Notes under the pieces: generated by a model
The model's input: only the letters and a program-made list of their open reading frames with translations
What the model was told of the DNA's origin: nothing
Databases searched by the model: none
Part shown: positions 21,204 through 31,275 of the stretch, one piece after another
Layout: each line of letters begins with the position of its first letter
Position numbering within the stretch: position 1 is the first letter of the stretch
Assembly (NCBI GenBank): GCA_963709585.1
Contig: CAVPXI010000011.1
Location: 1-64,000 of the forward strand
Direction: 5' to 3'
Source: Candidatus Dormiibacterota bacterium
GTDB taxonomy: Bacteria > Chloroflexota > Dormibacteria > Aeolococcales > Aeolococcaceae
DNA length: 64,000 bases
Made by a program: the position numbers and the translations under genes

Positions 21204-24187
21204 GCGACGTCACCGTGGACGCCCGGGCACGGCGACTTCTCCGCACCACCGGATGACATGCCGATGAGCGAGCTCGCGATGGAGCTTCGCTCCGCGATGG
21301 CAGGGGAGGTCCGCGAGGACGCGTACACGCGCCACCTCTTCTCGACCGACGCGAGCATGTACAGCATCGAGCCGCTCGCGGTCGTCTTTCCGCGCGATGC
21401 GGCCGACGTCGCCGCGGCCGTCGCCGTCTGCGCACGTCGCCGGGTGCCGATGCTGCCGCGAGGCGCGGGCACCAGCCTGGCCGGCCAGACGGTGGGGCGC
21501 GCGGTGATCATCGACACCTCGCGTCATATGGACCGCATCGTCGAGCTGGACCCGGAGCGGCGCACCGCTCGAGTGCAGCCTGGGGTGGTGCAGGACGACC
21601 TCAATCGCGCCGCGCGGGACCACGGGCTTCTCTTCGGCCCGGATACGTCGACGAGCAACCGGGCGACGATCGGAGGGATGATCGGCAACAACTCGGCAGG
21701 TAGCCAATCGGTGGTGTACGGCATGACCATCGATCACGTCGACGTTCTCGAGGTGGTGCTGAGCGACGCCAGCGCGGCCACACTCGCGCCGGTCGACGAC
21801 GCCGAGGTGACGCGCCGTGCTTCAGCGGACACCCTCGAGGGTCGGATCTACGCACGCCTGCCGGCGCTCGTCGAGGAGCATCGCGCCGCGATCGCGACCG
21901 GGTTTCCGCACCACTGGCGGCGTGCCGGCGGCTATCGAACTCGACCGCCTCGCGGGCGACCCGGCGTTCAACCTGGCCCGGTTCGTCGTCGGGTCGGAGG
22001 GGACGCTGGTGATCGTCACCGAGGCCACGGTTCGCCTGGTCCCGCTGCCGGCGGCCAAGGCGATCGCCGTCGGTCACTTCGCGTCAGTGACGGACGCGAT
22101 CGCCGCCACCGAGGATGCGCTGAGCGTGCGGCCGAGCGCCGTGGAGCTCATCGACCGCACCATCCTCGAACTCTCCCGGCAGAAGATCGAGTACGCCGCG
22201 CTCGGTTCCATCCTCGAGGGCGACCCCGGCGCGTTGCTCTTCGTCACCGTCGACCGCGATAGCGCGGCCGAGGCGTCCGCGGCCGTTGAGCAGCTCGCCG
22301 CGCTGTGGGAGCGCCACCAGCATGGGTATCACACGCTGCGGGCCACGACTCCCGCGCACCAGGCGGCGCTGCTCAAGGTCCGAGCCGCCGGGCTCGGGTT
22401 GCTGATGGCCGCCAGCACGGGCACGCGCAGGCCGTTGGCATTCATCGAGGACACCGCCGTCGACCCCGCTCGCCTGCCGGAGTACGTCGACCGTTTCGCC
22501 GCCGTGCTCCAGCGTCATGGCCTGGTGGCCGGCTTCTACGGACACTGCTCGGTCGGGTGCCTGCACATCCGTCCGTTCATGGATCTCACCCAACCCTCCG
22601 AGCTGGCCACGATGCGCGCGGTGGCCGCGGAAATCCGCGACCTGGTTGGCGAATTCGGTGGGGCCAATTCCAGCGAGCACGGCGATGGGCTCGCGCGCAG
22701 CGAGTTCAATCGAGCCGTCTTCGGCGACGCGCTGTACGAGGCCATGTGCGAGGTGAAGCAGCTCTTCGATCCCGATGCGCTGATGAATCCGGGGAAGATC
22801 GTCAACGCGCCGCCGATGACCGAGAACATTCGCGATGTCGCGCTCGCTCCCGCGCCCGCGCTCTCCACGCGGCTCTCTTTCGTCGCCACCGGCGGATTGC
22901 GCGGCGCGGCCGACCGATGCATGAACATCGGGGTCTGTCGCAAGGGATCGACCGGGGTGATGTGCCCGTCATACATGGCCACACGCGAGGAGGAGCACAG
23001 CACGCGCGGCCGCGCCAACGCACTGGTGCTCGCCCTGTCACAACCGAACCCGCGAGCGTCGCTCGGCGACGAGCGTCTGCACGACATCCTCGACCTCTGC
23101 CTCGAGTGCAAGGCGTGCAAGAGCGAGTGCCCGCTGGGCGTGGACATGGCCTCGATGAAGAGCGAGTTCCTCTTTCAGTACCAGGGGATTCACGGCGTGC
23201 CGGCACGCGCGCGGTTCTTCGCCGCCGCGCGCCGGCTCAACCGGCTGGGATCAGCGTTCGCGCCGTTCTCCAACCTGGTCACGTCGCTGCCGGGATCGCG
23301 TGCGCTGATGGAGCGAACGCTGGGGGTCACACGGAGGAGGCCGCTGCCGCGATTCCACCGGCGCACGCTGCTCCGCTGGCATGCGGGTCGCAGGCCTCTT
23401 CAGTCCACGTCCCGTGGGCGAGTGGTGATGCTTGCCGACTCGTTCACCACCTACACCGAGCCGGGCGTCGGCATCGCGGCAGTCGAGCTGCTCGAGATGG
23501 CGGGATGGGAAGTCTTGCTCATCGGCGATCGTTGCTGTGGCCGGACCGCCATCTCCAAGGGGCGGCTCGACGACGCAGCCCGCGACGCCAGGGCGATGAC
23601 CATCCGTCTGGCCGCGCTGGCTCGACAGGGAGCGTTCATCGTTGGAGTTCGAACCATCCTGCATTCTCACGCTCAGCGAGGAACACCTGGCCCTGCAACC
23701 GGACAACGCCGACGCGAAGGTGGTGGCGGGGCAGGTCCGCCTCGTGGACGAGCTGATCCTCGAGGCAATCGACGCCGGACACCTGCGCATGGATCCGGCC
23801 TCACCGCTGGCCGGCCGGCGTTTCCTCTTCCACGGTCATTGCCATCAGAAGGCGCTTGCGGGAACCGCCGCGACCGTCAGGTTGCTGTCCCGGATCCCTG
23901 GTTCCGAGGTGGTCGAGCTCGATGCAGGGTGCTGCGGCATGGCGGGGTCGTTCGGATTCGAAGCCGAGCACTACGAGCTGTCAATGGAGATCGGCGGGAT
24001 GCGCCTTTTCCCCGCGGTCCGCGCGGAGGATGACGACACGCTGATCGCCGCCACCGGTGTGTCGTGCCGCCAGCAGATCGAGCATGGGACCGGGCGCCGG
24101 GCGCGTCACCCTGTGGAGTTGATCCGGGCGGCCGTTGTCGCCCGCGCCGAGCTCTCGGCTGATCGTTCTATGCCTGTTTCGGCTTGA
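21200..24187 (+). CDS. FAD-linked oxidase/Fe-S fusion oxidoreductase (GlcD-GlcF/YdiJ-like 2-hydroxyacid dehydrogenase), three frameshifts
   Basis: PRGAGTSLAGQ, GSEGTL, SEHGDG, CxxxGxC and CLECKACKSECP, CCG motifs; +1 insertions at ~21237, ~21939 and ~23648. Confidence 0.88.
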
Positions 24188-24462
24188 GGAGCGAGTTGTG
24201 AGTTCCCAACTGCAGCCCGCTCGCGTGTGATGCGGCTTCGCGTGTCGTCCTCGCCAAGTGGGCGTCCCGCGACCTTGCGGGGACGTCCGGGAGGGCGGCG
24301 CCCGCGCATGAAGCTTTCCAGATCCTCCGGGTAGACGCCCCAGACGGGTCCGATCTTGATGCCGTAGAGCCGGCGGCTGGCGAGCAAGCGGCGCACATAC
24401 GCCGGTGATGCATGCAGCGTGGCTGCGGCTTCGACGACGGAGACTGGGGGAGGACCTGTAAT
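24106..24462 (-). CDS. Excisionase-like HTH_17 DNA-binding protein with PGRPRK AT-hook-like tail
   Basis: VSVVEAAATLHASPAYVRRLLASRRLYGIKIGPVW; the frame is open up to an ATT at 24462. Confidence 0.7.
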   Translation of the reverse strand: MTGPPPVSVVEAAATLHASPAYVRRLLASRRLYGIKIGPVWGVYPEDLESFMRGRRPPGRPRKVAGRPLGEDDTRSRITRERAAVGNSQLAPQAETGIERSAESSARATTAARINSTG

Positions 24463-24519
24463 GGCCCGACTATACTAGCACGGCGGCGCAACAATTTATC
24501 AGGCAGCCTGGTATGGTGT

Positions 24520-24604
24520 AAGGGTTCCAGGACTGAGGCGAGAGCCTTCAAGGCGTAGGTCCGGGCAGCTCGTCGGGGTTGCCGTCCGGCTCCTTCAAGC
24601 CCTT
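24520..24604 (+). ncRNA. Candidate structured RNA of unknown class
   Basis: Extended -10 TGgTATGGT at 24509-24517; closing helix AAGGGTT/AGCCCTT; GAGGC-GAGA-GCCTT GNRA hairpin; GGCAGCTC/GGGTTGCC hairpin. Confidence 0.35.
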
Positions 24605-24650
24605 CTCTTGGCCCACCCATTCGCCACTCGTCCGATCAGGAGGAAGAGGC

Positions 24651-25085
24651 ATGACAGGCGTCCAGGAAAGCGGTGCTCGTTTCATCAAGGCGTTCAACGC
24701 TCACGACGAGGACGCGATGCGCGCGCTGACGCACCCCAACGCCACGTTCAGCGCTCCAGGCGACGTGCAGCTTCGCGGAGTCGAGGCGACCGGGTACGCG
24801 ACCAAGTGGCTCAGGGCTTGCCCGGACGGGCGATTGACGGTCCGAAACGAACTCGTCGCCGGTCAGTGGCTCGTCGAGGAGGTGTTCTTCGAGGGCACCC
24901 ACCTTGGCCCGATGGAGACGCAGGCAGGCACGCTGCCGGCATCCGCAAAGAAGCTTGCCATCAAGGCCGTGCTGATCACTCGCTACGAAAGTGACCTCGC
25001 GCTGGAAACGCGGCTCTACTTCGACCAGATCGATGTGCTCAATCAGCTGGGCGCCATGCCGGCACTCGCACTGGCAGCGGTCTAA
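24651..25085 (+). CDS. SnoaL-like/ester cyclase (NTF2 fold)
   Basis: FIKAFNAHD..FEGTHLGP..RLYFDQIDVLNQLG; AGGAAGAGG RBS. Confidence 0.85.
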   Translation: MTGVQESGARFIKAFNAHDEDAMRALTHPNATFSAPGDVQLRGVEATGYATKWLRACPDGRLTVRNELVAGQWLVEEVFFEGTHLGPMETQAGTLPASAKKLAIKAVLITRYESDLALETRLYFDQIDVLNQLGAMPALALAAV

Positions 25086-25483
25086 TTGACCCACGGAAGA
25101 AGATGGATAAGCAGACCAGAGCCGAGCAACTGCGGCTCTTCGAGGAACAGGCGGCGCGGTACAGCAACGAGTCGGAGCTCCCGTTCTCAGTGCCGCCACG
25201 CTCGGAGGCGGTTGACCAGGTGAGGCGGAATCTCGAGCCAGGCCAGCGATTTCCTCGACCACGAGGCTAGTGCCGGATTCAACTCCCGGAATCTGCCTTG
25301 GACCGACGACCACGAGCAGCAGGTATCCCGTTCCCGTTGTCGCGCGCCGAGAGTGCTCGTGCGCCGACTGGAATGGTTGCATCAGTGCGAATGAGTGCAG
25401 ACGCGTCTGGCTGGTTCCGAGGCGGTGTCCCACCATGTGATCAGAGCGTCTCACGACGCCACATCCATCAGGAGACAGGACGC

Positions 25484-26098
25484 ATGTTCCGGGACATCTC
25501 GATTCGCATCGCTCGACGGCGATCCTTCCAGTTCGCTACCGGCATCGCCGTGACAGGGGCGATCCTCGTATACGGCTCGGGACCGGTCGACGCGGCCGGT
25601 GGCACGCAAATCGTGACCGGCGCAACCGTCGGTGGCATCTTGAGCATCACCGCCCCAGTGGCACTGGCCCTGCCGACGCTGGTCGCCGGCAGTTCGACCG
25701 CAGCCACCAATCTCGGTAGTCTGAGCTGGACCGACACCATGAACGACGCGGCCGTGTCGAGTGTCACGCTGACGACGACCAACCTGTGGGAGGCCGCAGG
25801 CGCCGGCCTGAACATCCCCTACGCGGACTTCACGATCACCGTCGGCCCGACGATAAGCCCCAACGTCAATAACACCGGCACTGCGGCGGTTGTTCCGGCC
25901 GGAAGTCCCTACGTGATCACCGGCGCTCCGACGGCTGACAACACCACATACTCCACGGCGATCACGCTTGCGACCGCTTCGGCCACGAGCGAAGGGACGT
26001 GGACGGAGGCAAACAACCAGATCTCCATCGCGGTACCCGCGAACACCACGCCGGCCACCACCTTCTCAGCCACGATTCAATACACCGTCACCGGCTAA
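25484..26098 (+). CDS. Secreted WxL-like beta-sandwich protein
   Basis: Signal peptide (..PVDA|A), GILSITAP, LGSLSWTD, C-terminal FSATIQYTVTG resembling the WxL terminal strand; AGGAG RBS. Confidence 0.6.
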   Translation: MFRDISIRIARRRSFQFATGIAVTGAILVYGSGPVDAAGGTQIVTGATVGGILSITAPVALALPTLVAGSSTAATNLGSLSWTDTMNDAAVSSVTLTTTNLWEAAGAGLNIPYADFTITVGPTISPNVNNTGTAAVVPAGSPYVITGAPTADNTTYSTAITLATASATSEGTWTEANNQISIAVPANTTPATTFSATIQYTVTG

Positions 26099-26205
26099 CT
26101 CCCACATCTCCCCCAAATCTGGCTGAAGGCCGGGGGATCGAGCAGTTCCCCCACTGCGCGGTCATCCCGGGTCTTCAGGCCTGAAATCGGCCCTCACCCG
26201 GCTCC

Positions 26206-26221
26206 TGTGATGAAGGTCACG
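26206..26221. promoter_or_regulatory. CRP/GlxR-like site TGTGA-N6-TCACG
   Basis: 9/10 match to TGTGA-N6-TCACA in an intergenic region. Confidence 0.4.
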
Positions 26222-26341
26222 GCGTTCTTTCGCGAGCTTAACTCTTGCGCTGTGTGAGAACTCCACGTGGTTGGTGCCTCTCTGTGACGGTCACCAGCTC
26301 GTGACGTGGTTAGGCTGAGGCGTTGCACGTTCAAGGAAGAG

Positions 26342-27406
26342 ATGAAGTCTAGGCAGTCCCAGTGTTTCGGAAAGGGGCCGCATACCCGCGCAATCGCGTC
26401 GCCGGCATGGGTCGCGCTGTTGTCGATCTTCCTTGTCGTCGGGCAGGGGGGCGTTCGTGCCGCAGGCACCCCGTCACCGAACCCGGGACAGCTGTTCGGC
26501 GTTCACCCCGTGCAGCAGGGGCGTACGACGCTCCCGGGTGGGCACTTCAACTTCGCGCTGCTGCCGTTGGAGAGCATCTCTGATGGCATTGTGGTCGAGA
26601 ACCTCTCCGACCGCTCGCTCACGTTTGACGTCTATGGAGCGGATCTGGTCACGGCTGCGGGCGGTGGTCTTGCGCCCGCGCAGGCGAACGCGACCATGCA
26701 CGAGGCGGGCGCCTGGATCGTCGTGTCCTCACCGGTGGTGACCATAGCCGCGCACGGCCAGTTCACGGACACCTTCACATTGACGCTGCCTGCGGCGGTC
26801 TTCCCGGGTCAGCATCTCGGCGCTGTCGTGGTGGCGGCCGGAGTTGGGCTCACCCCGCAGGGAAATCCGATTGAGGCACGCACCGCGCTGATCACCGTTG
26901 TCACCGTGCCGGGCATTGCGCATCCATCGGCACGCCTCAGCTCCCTGACCGGCTCGGTGAATCCGTCCGGGTCGATCGGTTTCGGCATCACGCTGTCGAA
27001 CACGGGGAACGTGTTGCTCACGTATGCGGGCACGGTGGCCATCGATGACGCCACGGGACATCGTGTCGCGACTCTTCCGCTGTCGCCCATCAACGCGTAC
27101 GTCGTGCCGAACGGTCGGGTGCAACTCGCTGCCATATGGAAGAAGGTCGATCCACGCTTCTCCGCATACCGGATGCAGGCGTCGGTCACGATCCTTGCCA
27201 ACGCCACTCCGGTTGGCACCCTGAGGTCGCAGTCGCTCGCACTGCAGCTCCCAACTGGAACGCCGACCCCGATTCTCGTCGGTGTGGCCGTGCTGCTGGC
27301 GGCTCTGCTCCTGCTCGTCGCATGGTCCATCCGCAGACGTGCCGGAAGGCGGAGCAGGTTGGTCGCTCGGAACATCCTCGATAAGAGGCTCACGGGCCTG
27401 CAGTGA
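26342..27406 (+). CDS. DUF916-like (WxL-interacting) membrane-anchored protein
   Basis: Signal peptide, HFNFALLP..DGIVVENLS..FDVYGADLVTAAGGG, PGQHLGAVV, second domain SNTGNV, C-terminal TM + RRRAGRR. Confidence 0.75.
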   Translation: MKSRQSQCFGKGPHTRAIASPAWVALLSIFLVVGQGGVRAAGTPSPNPGQLFGVHPVQQGRTTLPGGHFNFALLPLESISDGIVVENLSDRSLTFDVYGADLVTAAGGGLAPAQANATMHEAGAWIVVSSPVVTIAAHGQFTDTFTLTLPAAVFPGQHLGAVVVAAGVGLTPQGNPIEARTALITVVTVPGIAHPSARLSSLTGSVNPSGSIGFGITLSNTGNVLLTYAGTVAIDDATGHRVATLPLSPINAYVVPNGRVQLAAIWKKVDPRFSAYRMQASVTILANATPVGTLRSQSLALQLPTGTPTPILVGVAVLLAALLLLVAWSIRRRAGRRSRLVARNILDKRLTGLQ

Positions 27407-29214
27407 CACAGATATCTCGACCTATGATCACCCGTCGAGGCGCGCCCACTCCGCAGCTCGGGGATGACGGGCGCGCACCAGCCGTGCTGCGCCCTCGCGC
27501 GACAGTGCTGGTCGTTGACGACGATCCACTGATTCGCGACGCCACCGGGCGCATTCTCACGAACGCCCACTACCGGGTGGTGCACGCAGCCAGCGCCGAC
27601 GAGGCGCGAGCGGCCTGGTCGGAATACCACCCCGAGATTGCGCTCGTCGACCTCGAGCTTGGCGGCGAGTCCGGGTCGGCCCTGCTCGATGAGCCATGGG
27701 TTCGTCGTCTCGACACTGTCGTCGTCGTGTTGACGGGATCTGACGACGTCGACGTGGCCAACAAGTCCTTCGAACACGGTGCGTCAGGCTACGTGGTCAA
27801 GCCGTTCAGGCCGAATGAGCTGCTCATGCAGGTCAGTAGCGCACTCCGCCGCCGTGAGCTCGAGCGAACCGTCACCGACCACGTCATCGAGCTGGAACGC
27901 AAGGTCATTGAGAGCGCGACTGGGATCAGCGCGCTGCGCGCGCGCCTGGAGCACGTCGCGTTGGGATCGTCGCTCGCGGATGAGCAAATCATTCGACATC
28001 TCAGCTCCGCGGTGTGTCTTCGCGACGACGATACCGGGCGCCACATCGAGCGGGTTAGCCTGACTGCGGCGGCGCTCGCCGACTGGCGCGGCTTCGTAGT
28101 CGATCCGGCGCCGGCCATTCGCCTTGCAGCCGCGATGCACGATGTGGGAAAGATCGGGATTCCCGACTGGGTCCTTCTCAAACCGGGACCGCTGAGTCCC
28201 GACGAGAGAGCAATCATCGAGCGCCACTGCGAGCTCGGCCACGCGCTCCTCAGCGGATCGGACAGCCCGGTGCTCGAGCTCGCCGCATCGGTTGCCCTCA
28301 ACCACCACGAGCGGTGGGACGGCTTCGGGTATCCCAACCGCCGGAGCGGCGACGACATTCCACTGGAAGCGCGCATCACCTCGGTGGCGGACGTCTTCGA
28401 CGCGCTCACCCGTCACCGCGTGTATCGAGCCGCGCTGCCGGTCGAGACGGCGGTGCACGTCATGGTGCGTGAACGCGGTGGGCTGTTTGATCCCGCCTTG
28501 CTTGACCTCTTTCTTGATCACCTGGACGATGTGCTCTCCCTGACCAAAGATCTGCCCGATCCCCCCGCGATGCGAACCACGCGCATTGTGATCGCGGGCG
28601 ATGAGCCGGTTCTCGTTGACGGGCTGCTGCGGCTCATGCATCGAAGAGGGGAGTTGCGCGTGATCGGGAGCGGGGGCACCGTCGCCGAGGCGCTCGAAGC
28701 GGTACGAAGCATGCGCCCGGATGTTCTCCTCGCAGACTCCCGAATGCCGGACGGTGAAGCAGCGGGGTTGACGGCGGTCGTGCTCGCTGAGCATCCCGAG
28801 ACCAAGGTGATCGTCCTGATCGACGCCGCGGCGCCCGAGAGCGCACTGCGATGCATCTCCGCGGGATGCTCAGGGGTCATCGCCAAGACCACATCGGTGG
28901 ACGATGTTGCAAGGGCGATTCAACGCGTCCACGACGGCGAAGTGGTGATACCACCGGCGCTGCTTGCTCAGGTCGTGGCGAGCTTGCGCCGGACTGGCCC
29001 GCGTCCTGGCGACGACATGACGCGCAGAGAGAGCGAAACCCTCGCATATCTCGCTCGCGGTCTGTCGCTGCTGGATATCGCGGCGGTGATGTCCATCAGC
29101 ATGAACACGGCTCGCAACCATACGCAGCGGGTGATCGAGAAGCTGGGTGCGCACTCCAAGCTCGAAGCCGTTGTCATCGCCATGAGGGAAGGTTTGACGG
29201 TGGCGGCGCAATGA
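27403..29214 (+). CDS. REC-HD-GYP-REC-LuxR multidomain regulator/phosphodiesterase
   Basis: REC1 (VVDDD..VD..KPF); HD-GYP (MHDVGKIG, HHERWDGFGYP, VADVFDAL); REC2; LuxR HTH. Confidence 0.88.
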   Translation: MTQISRPMITRRGAPTPQLGDDGRAPAVLRPRATVLVVDDDPLIRDATGRILTNAHYRVVHAASADEARAAWSEYHPEIALVDLELGGESGSALLDEPWVRRLDTVVVVLTGSDDVDVANKSFEHGASGYVVKPFRPNELLMQVSSALRRRELERTVTDHVIELERKVIESATGISALRARLEHVALGSSLADEQIIRHLSSAVCLRDDDTGRHIERVSLTAAALADWRGFVVDPAPAIRLAAAMHDVGKIGIPDWVLLKPGPLSPDERAIIERHCELGHALLSGSDSPVLELAASVALNHHERWDGFGYPNRRSGDDIPLEARITSVADVFDALTRHRVYRAALPVETAVHVMVRERGGLFDPALLDLFLDHLDDVLSLTKDLPDPPAMRTTRIVIAGDEPVLVDGLLRLMHRRGELRVIGSGGTVAEALEAVRSMRPDVLLADSRMPDGEAAGLTAVVLAEHPETKVIVLIDAAAPESALRCISAGCSGVIAKTTSVDDVARAIQRVHDGEVVIPPALLAQVVASLRRTGPRPGDDMTRRESETLAYLARGLSLLDIAAVMSISMNTARNHTQRVIEKLGAHSKLEAVVIAMREGLTVAAQ

Positions 29215-31154
29215 CGTCGCCCGAGGTTACCTTCACGAGAGAATTCGCGTCCTTCCTGGAGGTCGTTCCAGACGCCATCATCGGCGTCAGCCGCGACGGC
29301 GCAATCCTCTTCGTGAACTCGCACGCCGCATCTCTGTTCGGCCACGAGGGGAGCGAACTGATCGGGCGGCCAATTGAGCTCCTGATGCCGAAGTCATTTC
29401 GCGAGGCGCTCTCGTCGGGGCGGGGCTTCGACCTGCCACTGACCTTGATGCAGATGACCGCCCACCGGAAGGACGGCTCGGAATTTCCCGCCGAGACCTC
29501 ATGGACATCGACTGGGCTCATCGTCATTGCCGCGGTGCGCAACATCACCGAACGGAAGCCGGACAAGATCAGGTTCCGGGGAGTTCTCGAGGCTGCCGAC
29601 GATGCGGCGGTCGGCGTTGATCGCGGCGGAACCATTGCCGTTGCCAATGCAGAAGCCGAGGCGCTGTTCGGGTATACGCGCCCCGAGCTCATCGATCACC
29701 CCGTTGAGATGCTCGTCCCTCGGCTTGGGCCGGACGGCCCCGCGCAGGATGGGTTTCGGCACGTGGACGGCCACGTCAGCCGCCAGCTCGGCGCCGGGAA
29801 GCCGCTGGAGGGGAAGCGAAAGGACGGTTCGGAGTTCCCCGTGGAGATCTCCCTCTCTGCCATCGACACCGACGAGGGGCCGCTCGTCTCGGCCGTCATT
29901 CGCGATGCCAGCGATCGTGTCGAAAGCCAGCGAGAAGAAGACCGGGCGACGGTTCAGAGCGAGCGCGACCTCCTCGAGTCGCGGCTGCATCAGTCCCACC
30001 GGTTGGAAAGCCTGGGGCAGCTCGCGGGCGGCGTGGCGCACGACTTCAACAATCTTCTGGCCGCGATCCTCAACTATGCCGGCTTTGTCGTTGAGGAGAT
30101 CACGAAGGAGCTCGAGACACGACCGGTCGATGAGCGCGTTCGCCTGACCGCGGTGCTGAGCGACGTCGGTCAGATCGGCGCAGCAGCGCAGCGAGCCGCC
30201 GGCCTTACCCATCAGTTGCTCTCCTTCGCCCGGCGAGAGGTGCGGCACCTCGAGGTTCTCGACATCAACGTCACAGTCCGTGAAGTCGAAACATTGCTTC
30301 GCCGAACCATCGGCGAGCATGTCGAGTTGATCACAGATGGCGCGCGGAACCTCAAAGCCGTGCGAGCCGACCGCGGACAGATCGAGCAGATTCTCCTCAA
30401 CCTGGCTGTCAACGCGCGCGATGCGATGCCCGCCGGCGGAACGTTGCGGGTCGACACCGACAACTTCACCGTCGATGAAGAATATGCCGCGCGCCATCCG
30501 GTCGTCGAACCTGGCTCGTATGTACGTCTTCGCGTCACGGATACGGGCACGGGGATGGATGAGGAGACCCTCGATCGGGCGTTTGAGCCCTTCTTCAGCT
30601 CCAAACCGAAGGACAAGGGAACTGGGCTCGGTCTGGCGACTGTGTACGGGATCGTGAGCCAGACCGCGGGGTTGGTCGAGCTCCATTCGGAATTGGGGGT
30701 CGGGACCACCGTGATGATTCTCCTCCCGAGTACTGCTGCAAACATCAGAACGCCGACGCTCCACGAGAAGCCTGCGGAAGTGACCCCCAGAGAAACCATC
30801 CTGGTCGTCGAGGATGAGGAACTCGTCCTCGATGTCGCCACACGAATCCTGACCCAGCACGGGTATCACGTCCTTGCGGCACGAAGCGGCGCAGAAGCCT
30901 CGGCCTTGATGGACGGCCATCACGGGATCATTCACCTCCTGCTCACCGACGTCGTGATGTCAGGGGAGACCGGAAAGGAGATTGCCGAGCGGGTATCAGT
31001 GCTCCGCCCAGGAATTCGCGTGCTCTACATGTCGGGGTATCCCGAATCGGTGATCGCCTCGCAGGGGGTCATCGAACCGGGGGTCAAGCTTCTGTCCAAG
31101 CCTTTCAAGGCGCCGGATCTTTTGGCACACGTGCGCTCCGCCCTCGACGCCTGA
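29211..31154 (+). CDS. PAS-PAS hybrid sensor histidine kinase (CckA-like)
   Basis: Two PAS (RKDGSEFP), GVAHDFNN H-box, NARDAM, DTGTGM, GTGLGL, C-terminal REC. Confidence 0.93.
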   Translation: MTSPEVTFTREFASFLEVVPDAIIGVSRDGAILFVNSHAASLFGHEGSELIGRPIELLMPKSFREALSSGRGFDLPLTLMQMTAHRKDGSEFPAETSWTSTGLIVIAAVRNITERKPDKIRFRGVLEAADDAAVGVDRGGTIAVANAEAEALFGYTRPELIDHPVEMLVPRLGPDGPAQDGFRHVDGHVSRQLGAGKPLEGKRKDGSEFPVEISLSAIDTDEGPLVSAVIRDASDRVESQREEDRATVQSERDLLESRLHQSHRLESLGQLAGGVAHDFNNLLAAILNYAGFVVEEITKELETRPVDERVRLTAVLSDVGQIGAAAQRAAGLTHQLLSFARREVRHLEVLDINVTVREVETLLRRTIGEHVELITDGARNLKAVRADRGQIEQILLNLAVNARDAMPAGGTLRVDTDNFTVDEEYAARHPVVEPGSYVRLRVTDTGTGMDEETLDRAFEPFFSSKPKDKGTGLGLATVYGIVSQTAGLVELHSELGVGTTVMILLPSTAANIRTPTLHEKPAEVTPRETILVVEDEELVLDVATRILTQHGYHVLAARSGAEASALMDGHHGIIHLLLTDVVMSGETGKEIAERVSVLRPGIRVLYMSGYPESVIASQGVIEPGVKLLSKPFKAPDLLAHVRSALDA

Positions 31155-31275
31155 TCAGGTCCGATGCGCGACGGCCTGGAGCCGGTTCCCGACCACGGTC
31201 GGGCGCCGGGTCTCGCCGGTCACGATCCCCCATCGGAGGGTGCGGCGTAAAGGGATCGCCGGGTAGCCTGGATCA

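Noticed and set aside
24520-24604. tRNA-Sec, SRP RNA, ykkC riboswitch or HDV ribozyme assignment
   Set aside because: Only fragments match; no cloverleaf or T-loop, no SRP GGAA loop, no ykkC 3' motif, L3 too short
24106-31154. Integrated mobile element suggested by the excisionase-like HTH and slightly lower GC
   Set aside because: No integrase, transposase, tRNA or flanking direct repeats seen
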